Source of the DNA: an uncultured Clostridia bacterium
GTDB lineage: Bacteria > Bacillota > Clostridia > Christensenellales > UBA3700
DNA: 64,000 bases
Assembly (NCBI GenBank): GCA_944381275.1
Contig: CALWKO010000002.1
Location: 14,436-78,435, forward strand
Direction of reading: 5' to 3'
Part shown: positions 19,473-27,421 of the stretch, in pieces
How positions within the stretch are numbered: the stretch's first letter is position 1
How the letters are laid out: each line of letters opens with the position of its first letter
Notes under the pieces: model-generated
The model's input: the letters and a program-made list of their open reading frames with translations, nothing else
The model's database searches: none
What the model was told of the DNA's origin: nothing
Position numbers and translations under genes: made by a program

Positions 19473-20995
19473 TACTTCCTGTCGAGCGAGCGGTACTGCA
19501 CCGCCTCCGCCACATATTCGGGTTTTATATCCGCCTCTCCAGCCAAGTCAGCTATCGTGCGCGCGACCTTCAATATTCGCGTACTCGCACGCGCAGTGAG
19601 GTTTAAGCGGTTATATGCATCGCGCAAGATATCGTCGCCTTCGCGCGAGAGTCTGCAATATTTGCGCAGATCGGCGTTATCCATGCCCGCGTTGGTGAAA
19701 TACTTTTTACCAGCGTAGCGTTTACGCTGTATTGCGCGCGCCTTTTCCACCCTGGCTTTTATGGTTGCGCTGTCCTCCACCGGCTCGTCGCCCTGCAACT
19801 CGTCGTAACTCACCCCGTCCACTTCCACGTGCAGATCTATCCTGTCCAAAAGCGGACCGGAGAGCTTGTTCACATATCTCCTTATCTCCGAAGGCGTGCA
19901 CCTGCATTCGCGCGTGGGACTGCCGAAATTGCCGCACGGGCAGGGATTCATACCCGCCACCAACATAAAGCGCGCGGGATATTCCGCCGTCACGCGGGCG
20001 CGTGCCACGGTGACCACGCCGTCTTCCAGCGGCTGACGAAGGGATTCCAGCGTGCGGCGCTGATATTCGGGCACTTCGTCCAAAAACAGCACGCCGTTAT
20101 GGGCGAGCGACACTTCTCCGGGGCGGGCAAAGGTGCCTCCTCCTGTAAGTGCGGGTATGGTTGCGGTGTGATGGGGCGCCCTGAAAGGACGGGTGCTCAC
20201 TATCCCCTTGTTTGCGTCCAAAATCCCCGCTACGGAATGTATCTTCGTCACCTCGATGGCCTCTTCAAAAGTCATGTCGGGCATGATGGTGGGCACGCAT
20301 TTTGCCATGAGCGTCTTGCCTGCTCCGGGAGGGCCTATCATCAAGATGTTATGTCCGCCCGCCACGGCAATCTCTATCGCCCGCCTGGCAAAGAACTGCC
20401 CCTTGACGTCGGCAAAATCCACGCCGTACTTGCTCATTCCCGCTTCGGGAGCAAAGCGTTTGGTGGGTATGGGGTTATGCGTACCCCTGTCGCATATAAA
20501 ATTGCACGCTTCCTTCAACGAAGCCGCGGTATACACTTCCGCCCCTTCCACATAGGAAGCTTCTTTTTCATTCCCCAAGGGAATCAAAAACCGTCTTCTC
20601 CCCTCCTGCAAGGCGGAGATGAGTATGGGCATTATGCCGTTTACCGGGCGAACGCCGCCGTCGAGCGAAAGCTCGCCCAAAATGGTTAAATCGTCGTATC
20701 TGGTTTCACTCAACTGATCGCCCGCGATGAGTATGCCTATGGCGATGGGCAAATCGAAGAGCGCGCCTTCCTTTTTACTGTCTGCTGGTGCAAGATTTAC
20801 GGTTATGCGCTTGGTGGGATATTTATAACCGCTGTTTTTGATAGCGGCGCGGACGCGTTCACGCGATTCCTTTACGGCGGTGTCCGGCAGACCCACCGTT
20901 TCATATCCGGGCAAACCGGCATTGATGTCGATTTCTATATCCACACCCAAGCCCACGAGCCCTTCCAGCGTATAACTTTTAATCTTGGACAGCAT
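19463..20995 (-). CDS. comM: YifB/ComM family Mg-chelatase-like AAA+ ATPase
   Basis: 510 aa. Has a Lon-protease-like N-domain, Walker A GPPGAGKTLMAK, GVLFLDEVPE, the Cys cluster NPCPCGNFGSPTRECRC and a C-terminal ChlI-like domain. Confidence 0.9.
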   Translation of the reverse strand: MLSKIKSYTLEGLVGLGVDIEIDINAGLPGYETVGLPDTAVKESRERVRAAIKNSGYKYPTKRITVNLAPADSKKEGALFDLPIAIGILIAGDQLSETRYDDLTILGELSLDGGVRPVNGIMPILISALQEGRRRFLIPLGNEKEASYVEGAEVYTAASLKEACNFICDRGTHNPIPTKRFAPEAGMSKYGVDFADVKGQFFARRAIEIAVAGGHNILMIGPPGAGKTLMAKCVPTIMPDMTFEEAIEVTKIHSVAGILDANKGIVSTRPFRAPHHTATIPALTGGGTFARPGEVSLAHNGVLFLDEVPEYQRRTLESLRQPLEDGVVTVARARVTAEYPARFMLVAGMNPCPCGNFGSPTRECRCTPSEIRRYVNKLSGPLLDRIDLHVEVDGVSYDELQGDEPVEDSATIKARVEKARAIQRKRYAGKKYFTNAGMDNADLRKYCRLSREGDDILRDAYNRLNLTARASTRILKVARTIADLAGEADIKPEYVAEAVQYRSLDRKYWE

Positions 20996-23226
20996 CAGTT
21001 TTTCTTTTCCTTTCTCATTTTAACGGCGTCTTTCAGCCATTCGAACTTGATGTCCGATTTGAGCATTCCCGCAAACTTACCCGCGTAAGGTTTGAGCGTT
21101 CTTTCGCGGTTGTAGTAACATATATCGAGCGTGATATAGATGAGCACAAACGCCATGAGCACAGTGAACACGCTGAACACTATCACAAAAGCGGACTTAG
21201 AGGGGAACATGAGATATTCCATCTCACCGGAGGAAGCGATAAAGCCGCCCCTGCCCACAAGCTGCGCCACATTAAGGAAGTGAGTAAGCGCCAAACCGCC
21301 GAACACGGCGATGAGCCTTATATCGGGCACGAGTATGATATACGCGAGCAGCAGGAGAAGACCGAGCGTCATGATCTCCACGGTCACGCCCGTGCCGAGT
21401 GCGGCGAAGAGGATGACGGAAACGCCGCTCACCAAGATAAGATCCGCATTGGATTTGCCGTTGAGGAAGTAATTGAGTGCGGCGAGGATGCCAAGCAGCG
21501 CGCCGAACAGCCAGGTGCACACTTCCAAAGCGGTGTTTACCGTGCCGCTGTTAGCAAGCCCGAACATGGCGTACATATTGAACGTATCGTTGGACATGAA
21601 CGCGTTCTGCTTGAAGAAGGCGTACATCTGATCGAACACGGCAAAATAGCTGCCCTGCGAATAGTAAGGCATCATCATGGGCAGAGCGAGCAGATAGAAC
21701 GCAACAAGGCAGCCTATCGCCTGAGCCGCGGTGATACCCGCAATTTTACCCCTATTTTCCTTGTTCGCCTTTACCACGGCGCCAACTTGATAGATGAGTA
21801 TCATGGGCAAAAGCAGGATCACCCAATTGCTGAAGAGCAATGCCAAGGTATAAAGGACGCCGGCGAAAGCGCTCTTGCCCGCGGCATAGCCCGCCGAATC
21901 CTTGGAATCAAGCAGCATGACGTGCATCATGCCCATCACAAAAGGCATTGCAAGGCTAAGGTAGGAGCCGTAAAGCGCGCTCTGCGTAAAGAACACAGGG
22001 AGCAGTGCGTAAAGCCCCGCATAGCAGGAAGCCTGCCTTACCGAAGTATAACGCGCCGCAAAGGAGTATATCAGATAGCAAGTGATGATGTCCGCAAGTA
22101 TGGTGGGGATGCGCAGAGTTATCGCCATCGCCATACTGCCGCCCTCCACGCCGAGCATTGCGGCTATGCGGGCAAATATCCACATCACATAGGCGGAAAG
22201 CGAAGGCACTCCGGGAATAGCCGTGTACGCCTGCCCCCAGCCGTCGGTATTTACTGTGCTGTAAAGGCTGTAATAAGAAGAGGACACTTGACCGAAGCCG
22301 AAGGTGGTTATTGCCACTATGAACCTGATCAAAAACGCGCCGAGCATTGCATAGGTAAACAAGGCGATGGGGGAAGTGAGCGCCCTGCCCGCCTTAGCCG
22401 CCTTGGAAGTACCGCCGTTTTGATCGTCGAGGTTTGCTTCACTCAAGCGGGCGGCTGCATCCTTGCCCATGGCATACCTCACGAACTTGACGAGCAGATA
22501 TGCCGCCGCCGCGGTGAAGAGCGCGAGCAGCACCACATACACATAAGAGCCGGCTCCCGCCATGCTGTATGTGCCGTCTTCTTTCAGCATGCCAACATAA
22601 TGGGCGTCCGTCACAACGGAAGAATCCGTTTCGACTATGGATATATCGTCAAAATACACAAGCCCGCTGGGTGAAGCGGAGCTGTTGCCTATACCCGCGA
22701 ACAATGTGAAGTCAGCGGTGGCTTTGGCCTGGAAGTAGATATAGCATTCCACCCATTTCCTGCCCGACGTGGAACCGTAGTCGGAGATATTTGCGGAGGT
22801 CACGTTCAGCCCCTCGAAATCGCTGTCCCCGGTGAAGCCGAGCACCACGCCTATTTCACGCTCCGTGTCTTCCCCCTCGTCGAGTACCTCAGGAGTAAGG
22901 TTTTGAATCCTTATTCTGGCAGAAAGCCTGTAATACTTGTTGTTTTGCAAAGACACTTCCTGGGTCATATAAGTCCAGGCGGAAGAAGCGTTTACCGAAA
23001 CGGAGTAAGCCGTGCCGTTATTTGCGGTGGCGTCGTCGTCGCCGCTGGGCTGTACGGTCACTTTTCCGTCGGAAGTTTCGTTGAGCGTCCACCCTTCTAT
23101 GGTGCCGTTTTCAAAATCGCCGTTTGCAACAATGGCGCCGTCACTGCCGGCGCAAGCGGAAAGCACGACGGCACAGATTGCCGCCAGGCAGACGACTGCT
23201 ATCAAAAGACTTTTGCGAGTTCTCAT
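20995..23226 (-). CDS. Lipobox protein with an N-terminal CBM_4_9-like jelly-roll ectodomain fused to a large polytopic membrane domain (possibly a GT-C-type glycosyltransferase fold)
   Basis: Start reassigned to ATG 23226 (MRTRKSLLIAVVCLAAICAVVLSAC), which has an AGGAG SD. The track start at 23364 lies upstream of the promoter. ANGDFENGTIEGW....YFDDISIVE resembles the CBM_4_9 N-terminal and C-terminal signatures. At least 10 hydrophobic segments follow. The stop overlaps the comM start by 1 nt. Confidence 0.75.
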   Translation of the reverse strand: MRTRKSLLIAVVCLAAICAVVLSACAGSDGAIVANGDFENGTIEGWTLNETSDGKVTVQPSGDDDATANNGTAYSVSVNASSAWTYMTQEVSLQNNKYYRLSARIRIQNLTPEVLDEGEDTEREIGVVLGFTGDSDFEGLNVTSANISDYGSTSGRKWVECYIYFQAKATADFTLFAGIGNSSASPSGLVYFDDISIVETDSSVVTDAHYVGMLKEDGTYSMAGAGSYVYVVLLALFTAAAAYLLVKFVRYAMGKDAAARLSEANLDDQNGGTSKAAKAGRALTSPIALFTYAMLGAFLIRFIVAITTFGFGQVSSSYYSLYSTVNTDGWGQAYTAIPGVPSLSAYVMWIFARIAAMLGVEGGSMAMAITLRIPTILADIITCYLIYSFAARYTSVRQASCYAGLYALLPVFFTQSALYGSYLSLAMPFVMGMMHVMLLDSKDSAGYAAGKSAFAGVLYTLALLFSNWVILLLPMILIYQVGAVVKANKENRGKIAGITAAQAIGCLVAFYLLALPMMMPYYSQGSYFAVFDQMYAFFKQNAFMSNDTFNMYAMFGLANSGTVNTALEVCTWLFGALLGILAALNYFLNGKSNADLILVSGVSVILFAALGTGVTVEIMTLGLLLLLAYIILVPDIRLIAVFGGLALTHFLNVAQLVGRGGFIASSGEMEYLMFPSKSAFVIVFSVFTVLMAFVLIYITLDICYYNRERTLKPYAGKFAGMLKSDIKFEWLKDAVKMRKEKKN

Positions 23227-23254
23227 TCGAAATGCTCCTAGGTATACTAGATAT

Positions 23255-23283
23255 ATAATAATAAATATAAAAAGCGTTTGCAA
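23255..23283 (-). promoter_or_regulatory. Candidate sigma-70 promoter (TTGCAA-17-TATTAT) for the CBM-membrane gene and the downstream string
   Basis: The minus strand reads TTGCAA, then ACGCTTTTTATATTTAT (17 nt), then TATTAT. It lies about 28 nt upstream of ATG 23226. Confidence 0.5.
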
Positions 23284-23350
23284 GCGTTTTTTGACATTTG
23301 CGCATTTTAACCGAAAATTTTTTACCTTTTCAAGCACATAAATGGCTGAA

Positions 23351-23391
23351 TGCACCTTTCTCAACCCTGTTAGAACGCTTTGAAAGGTGCA
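23351..23391 (-). repeat. 10-bp inverted repeat TGCACCTTTC-N21-GAAAGGTGCA
   Basis: Perfect 10-bp arms at 23351-23360 and 23382-23391. The repeat sits between the rplS terminator and the next promoter and has no U tract. Confidence 0.6.
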
Positions 23392-23395
23392 ATTT

Positions 23396-23425
23396 AAAAA
23401 AATACCCCTGCGCTTTCACGCAGGG
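23396..23425 (-). terminator. Rho-independent terminator after rplS
   Basis: The minus strand reads CCCCTGCG-TGAAAG-CGCAGGGG followed by TATTTTTT. This is a perfect 8-bp GC-rich stem. Confidence 0.9.
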
Positions 23426-23445
23426 GCAATACTGACGGAAATAAA

Positions 23446-23793
23446 TTACTTGATAACTTCCGCAAGCTTGGCTGCCTTACCGCTCCTCTGCCTGAGATAG
23501 TAGAGCTTAGCCCTCCTGACCTTACCGTGACGGATGATGTCGATATGGTCGATCTTGGGGGAGTGCATGGGGAAGGTCCTCTCCACGCCCACGCCGTTGG
23601 ATATCTTGCGAACGGTCATGGTTTCGCTTATGCTGCCGCCCCTGAATGCGATGATGATACCCTCGAAAGCCTGAAGCCTTTCCTTGTTACCTTCAACGAC
23701 TTTGACGAACACTTTAACGGTGTCGCCGATTGCCAGCTTGGGCAGGTCTGTACGCATGCCCTCTTTTTCGATTACGTCGATCAAATTGCTCAT
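23446..23793 (-). CDS. rplS: 50S ribosomal protein L19
   Basis: 115 aa. Contains [27 protein letters not shown] and KLYYLR. Confidence 0.97.
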   Translation of the reverse strand: MSNLIDVIEKEGMRTDLPKLAIGDTVKVFVKVVEGNKERLQAFEGIIIAFRGGSISETMTVRKISNGVGVERTFPMHSPKIDHIDIIRHGKVRRAKLYYLRQRSGKAAKLAEVIK

Positions 23794-23878
23794 TGACTTA
23801 TACCTCCGAATTTACGCGATGTTCACGATCGTTTTGGGATTTTGATACGTCGGCGGAACACCCGAAGTCTTATTTTGC
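23794..23878 (-). promoter_or_regulatory. 5' UTR of rplS, about 85 nt, candidate L19 autoregulatory leader
   Basis: This is the interval between the predicted TSS of the 23885-23913 promoter and the rplS ATG. It contains small hairpins (CGG-GTGTT-CCG and CGAT-CGTGAAC-ATCG) ahead of the GGAGG SD. Firmicute rplS genes are known to carry an L19 leader. I could not verify the covariance model by eye. Confidence 0.3.
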
Positions 23879-23884
23879 CTGCAT

Positions 23885-23913
23885 ATTCTATCATAAAAAT
23901 TCAAGTTATGCAA
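23885..23913 (-). promoter_or_regulatory. Sigma-70-type promoter for rplS (TTGCAT-17-TAGAAT, extended TG)
   Basis: The minus strand reads TTGCAT, then AACTTGAATTTTTATGA (17 nt), then TAGAAT. Confidence 0.6.
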
Positions 23914-23937
23914 CTGTTTTTCACATATTTTTTCATT

Positions 23938-24291
23938 TCACACGTCGTTCATGTCAAATGCGTCTTTTATATACTCCACGTCGCCGCGGGTAACCACCGC
24001 CACGTCGAAGCGCGCGTCCATATGATTAAGCCTGTGCATATGCAGATAGTATCGCGCCGTATATGCCAGCCTCCTGCGCTTGGTGCGCGATATAGATTCT
24101 GCGCCGTAACCGTACTCGTCGCTGTTCCTGCTCTTAACTTCAATGAACACGATATATGCCCCGTCGCGGGCGATTATGTCCGCCTCGCCGCCGTGACAGG
24201 CAAAGTTGCGTTCCAAAACGCGCATGCCCCTGCCCTTGATGTACTCGCACACGAGCTGTTCGCCTATAACCCCTTCTCCGCGCGTGTTCAT
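23938..24291 (-). CDS. yraN: YraN family (UPF0102) endonuclease-like protein
   Basis: 117 aa. The pattern GE.LV.EY....G..VLERNF....GE.DIIARDG..IVFIEVKSR is typical of UPF0102. Confidence 0.85.
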   Translation of the reverse strand: MNTRGEGVIGEQLVCEYIKGRGMRVLERNFACHGGEADIIARDGAYIVFIEVKSRNSDEYGYGAESISRTKRRRLAYTARYYLHMHRLNHMDARFDVAVVTRGDVEYIKDAFDMNDV

Positions 24292-24890
24292 ATGAAGTTC
24301 TTGACGAACGTGCGCCTGTGTATGGGCGTGATACCATACTCTTTTATGGCGGCAATGTGTGCCGCCGTGCCGTATCCCTTATTCTTTTCAAAGGAATACT
24401 GCGGATAGATGAGTGCGTAATCGTCCATAATTTTATCACGCGTGACTTTCGCCACTATGGAGGCGCACGATATGGAATAGCTGAGTAAATCGCCCTTGAT
24501 TATCGCCTTAACGGGACACACCGCGTCTATCTTCACGGCGTCTATCAGCGCGACGTCCGGCTTTACTTCCATCTTTGCCAAAGCGCGCTTCATCGCCTCC
24601 TTCGTCGCGTTGAGAATGTTCACCTCGTCTATATACTCGGGCGGCAGGGAAACCACCTCGCACGCGATCGCCCTTTGAGTTATCAAAGCGCACAATTTCT
24701 CCCTCTTTTTGGCGGAAAGCTTCTTGCTGTCCGTCACTTCGGGGATTATTTGCCCCTCTTCAAGCGGCATTATCACCGCGCATACAGTGACGGGCCCCGC
24801 CAGCGGACCCCTGCCCACTTCGTCCACGCCGGCTATATATTTACACCCTTCTTCCAGGCAGCCTCTTTCGTATTCCAAATTGTCCGTCAT
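24288..24890 (-). CDS. rnhB: Ribonuclease HII
   Basis: 200 aa. Contains IAGVDEVGRGPLAGPV, DSKKLS and ASIVAKVTRD. Confidence 0.95.
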   Translation of the reverse strand: MTDNLEYERGCLEEGCKYIAGVDEVGRGPLAGPVTVCAVIMPLEEGQIIPEVTDSKKLSAKKREKLCALITQRAIACEVVSLPPEYIDEVNILNATKEAMKRALAKMEVKPDVALIDAVKIDAVCPVKAIIKGDLLSYSISCASIVAKVTRDKIMDDYALIYPQYSFEKNKGYGTAAHIAAIKEYGITPIHRRTFVKNFI

Positions 24891-25735
24891 AACTCTTCCG
24901 CCTTATCCAACATCACTTTGCCCAGCCTGAGCTTGCGCAGATCGTCAAGTATTGCGCGCGCGGTGCGCTCGTAATCGTAGTTGTCTTTGTTAAGCAAATA
25001 GCCGCGCTTTTTTGCTATTTTGTCCATAATTTCAAGCGGCTCTCCGCTCAAATCCTCCAGCCAGTAACGCTCGGCGAACGGCTTGTAATTTCTCTCTGCG
25101 AAAAATTTGACCGTTTCCAATCCAAGCTCGGCTATATCCAGCACTTCTTCCTTTATGCTGCCTATCATGGCAAGCCTTACGGCGCGCTCCCCGTCCTCAA
25201 AGGCAGGCGGCAGAGTGCCGGGGGTATCCAAAAGTTCTATGTTCGCAGCAAGTTTTACCCATTGTTTGCCGCGCGTAACGCCCGGGCGATTGCCCGTAAC
25301 AGCCCGCTTGCTTCCGCAAAGGCAGTTTATCAGGGTGGATTTGCCCGTATTCGGCACACCCGCAACGAGCGCGCGCACCGTCTTATTCACTCCCTTGCTA
25401 GCATATTTATCTATGACCGCCTTGTTGAGCAGCAGGAGTTTGCTTATCACTTCCGCGCGGAATTTGGGCGACGTACTGTTCACCGAAACGCATATCTCGC
25501 CCCTGTCGCGGTAGTATTTTTCCCACGCGGCAACGTCCGCCCTCTCCACCATGTCGCACTTGTTGAACACATAGAGGATGGGCATGCCCTCCACCATCTT
25601 GTCGAAGGCGGGATTGCGTGAAGAATTTATCACTCTGGCGTCCAGCACATATATGACGCAGTCGGCGGCTTTCAAACTGTCCTGCATCATGCGCATTGCC
25701 TTGGTCATATGTCCCGGATACCACTGAATATACAT
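24887..25735 (-). CDS. rbgA: Ribosome biogenesis GTPase A (YlqF/RbgA)
   Basis: Start taken at ATG 25735 (MYIQWYPGHMTKA), which overlaps the trmD stop by 1 nt (TAATG). The G motifs are circularly permuted: NKCD comes before GVPNTGKST and DTPG. Confidence 0.9.
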   Translation of the reverse strand: MYIQWYPGHMTKAMRMMQDSLKAADCVIYVLDARVINSSRNPAFDKMVEGMPILYVFNKCDMVERADVAAWEKYYRDRGEICVSVNSTSPKFRAEVISKLLLLNKAVIDKYASKGVNKTVRALVAGVPNTGKSTLINCLCGSKRAVTGNRPGVTRGKQWVKLAANIELLDTPGTLPPAFEDGERAVRLAMIGSIKEEVLDIAELGLETVKFFAERNYKPFAERYWLEDLSGEPLEIMDKIAKKRGYLLNKDNYDYERTARAILDDLRKLRLGKVMLDKAEEL

Positions 25736-26409
25736 TACTTCTTCTCCAAAAGGTCGGGTCTGCGCTCCAGCGTGATCTCCAGCTGTTTTTCGCGCCGCCA
25801 CTTTGCGATGGCGGCATGGTCGCCGGAAAGCAGTACTTCCGGCACTTCCCTGCCCAAATACTCGCGCGGACGGGTGTATTGCGGATATTCCAAAAGCCCG
25901 TCAGAAAAACTCTCTTCGTCTGTGGATTGTTCGCTCCCAAGCACACCTTTCACATAGCGGGCGCAGGCGTTGATCAATACCATGGCGGGCAGTTCGCCGC
26001 CCGTTAGCACATAATCGCCTATGGAAATTTCCTCGTCGATATCCTCGTCTATCACCCGCTGATCCACGCCCTCGTAGTTGCCGCAGAGTATGAGCAGCCT
26101 TTCGCGCTTTGCAAGGCGCAGCACGGCGGCTTGATTGAGCGTTTTGCCCTTGGGCGACATATATATGCGCAAAGCCTCGTGCCGAGGATCGAGCGCGGCT
26201 ATCGTATCGTGAATGGGCTGAGGCGTCATCACCATTCCCGCGCCGCCGCCGAAGGGAGCGTCGTCGCACTTGCCGTGCTTATCCAAGGTGTAGTCGCGGA
26301 TATTCACCGCATTCACCTCGATAAGTCCGCGCTCCAGCGCCTTGCCTATCACTCCGCATTTTAAGCTTTCGAACATCTCGGGAAAAAGCGTGGCTACGTC
26401 AATCCTCAT
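25735..26409 (-). CDS. trmD: tRNA (guanine37-N1)-methyltransferase
   Basis: Start taken at ATG 26409 (MRIDVATLFPEMF). The track uses a TTG at 26427. Contains GGGAGMVM, CGNYEGVDQRV, SIGDYVLTGGE and YTRP. Confidence 0.95.
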   Translation of the reverse strand: MRIDVATLFPEMFESLKCGVIGKALERGLIEVNAVNIRDYTLDKHGKCDDAPFGGGAGMVMTPQPIHDTIAALDPRHEALRIYMSPKGKTLNQAAVLRLAKRERLLILCGNYEGVDQRVIDEDIDEEISIGDYVLTGGELPAMVLINACARYVKGVLGSEQSTDEESFSDGLLEYPQYTRPREYLGREVPEVLLSGDHAAIAKWRREKQLEITLERRPDLLEKK

Positions 26410-26908
26410 AGAGCGCGACCTCCGCAAGTTTTTCCGCGTTCACATATATCTCGCCCTTTTCTATGTCCACTTTTTCTATAACTTCCTTCAAAGCGGGAAA
26501 AGCAACGCTGCCGCCCTTATCCAAGGCGGCTTGATATATGTCTGTGGAGGAATATTGCAAAACGTCCTTCACCGTGCCGTAAAGCTTGCCGTTCCTTATA
26601 AGGCGACAGCCGATTATGTCGGCGATAAAGTATCTGTCCTCGGGCAGCCGCACCGCGTCCTCGCGCTTTACGCATATCTCCTTGCCGCGCAAAAGTTCCG
26701 CGGCGTTGCGGTCGTCTATCCCGGAAAGTTTTATAAAAACCCCTGCCGGCGTGACGCGCGCACCTGTGACAGCGTATTCCGCGCCGCCTATCACGACTTT
26801 TTTCAAGTCGAAAAAGCGCCTGTTATCGTCGGTCAAGGGGTTTACCTTTATCTCGCCCTTAATTCCCTGCGGCTTAGCCACGGTTCCGACCGTGACCGTA
26901 CTCTTCAT
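26399..26908 (-). CDS. rimM: 16S rRNA processing protein RimM
   Basis: 169 aa. VGTVAKPQGIKGEIKV marks the RimM N-domain, followed by a C-terminal PRC barrel. Confidence 0.9.
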   Translation of the reverse strand: MKSTVTVGTVAKPQGIKGEIKVNPLTDDNRRFFDLKKVVIGGAEYAVTGARVTPAGVFIKLSGIDDRNAAELLRGKEICVKREDAVRLPEDRYFIADIIGCRLIRNGKLYGTVKDVLQYSSTDIYQAALDKGGSVAFPALKEVIEKVDIEKGEIYVNAEKLAEVALYED

Positions 26909-27138
26909 TTCTCGATTATATCCACGTAGTACTTGCCGCCGGCGTCCTTGCCTGCCGCCTTAACGAGCATGCGGATGGCTTTGGCGATCCTGCCCTGCTT
27001 TCCTATAACCTTTCCTATCTCCTTCTTGTCCACGGTGATGTTGATCACGGTGTTTTCGCCCTCGTTCACCGTTTGAACGGAAAAACTGTCCTTATCGTCG
27101 ACAAGGGAGGAGATGATATATCTTACCAGCTCTTCCAT
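26905..27138 (-). CDS. KH-domain RNA-binding protein (YlqC/UPF0109)
   Basis: 77 aa. Contains the KH motif GKVIGKQGRIAKAIR. It lies between rpsP and rimM, as in Firmicutes. Confidence 0.85.
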   Translation of the reverse strand: MEELVRYIISSLVDDKDSFSVQTVNEGENTVINITVDKKEIGKVIGKQGRIAKAIRMLVKAAGKDAGGKYYVDIIEK

Positions 27139-27139
27139 A

Positions 27140-27382
27140 TTACTTGATGATGTTCTGCTGCTTGAAAATGCTCCTCACGGTATCGGTGGGTTGAGCGCCC
27201 TTGTTCAGCCATTCGGTAGCCTTGGCGGTATCCACCTTTACAACGGCGGGTTCCTTGGTGGGATCATAGTAGCCGATGTTGTCGAGGTACTGCGCGTCGC
27301 GAGCCTTGCGCTCATCGATAGCTACGATGCGGTAGAAAGGTGCCTTCTTGCTGCCCATTCTGGTGAGTCTGATTTTTACCAT
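27140..27382 (-). CDS. rpsP: 30S ribosomal protein S16
   Basis: 80 aa. Contains [21 protein letters not shown]. Confidence 0.97.
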   Translation of the reverse strand: MVKIRLTRMGSKKAPFYRIVAIDERKARDAQYLDNIGYYDPTKEPAVVKVDTAKATEWLNKGAQPTDTVRSIFKQQNIIK

Positions 27383-27421
27383 TTTTGTTTTCTCCTTTAT
27401 ATAAAAAGTTTATTGTCTTAA

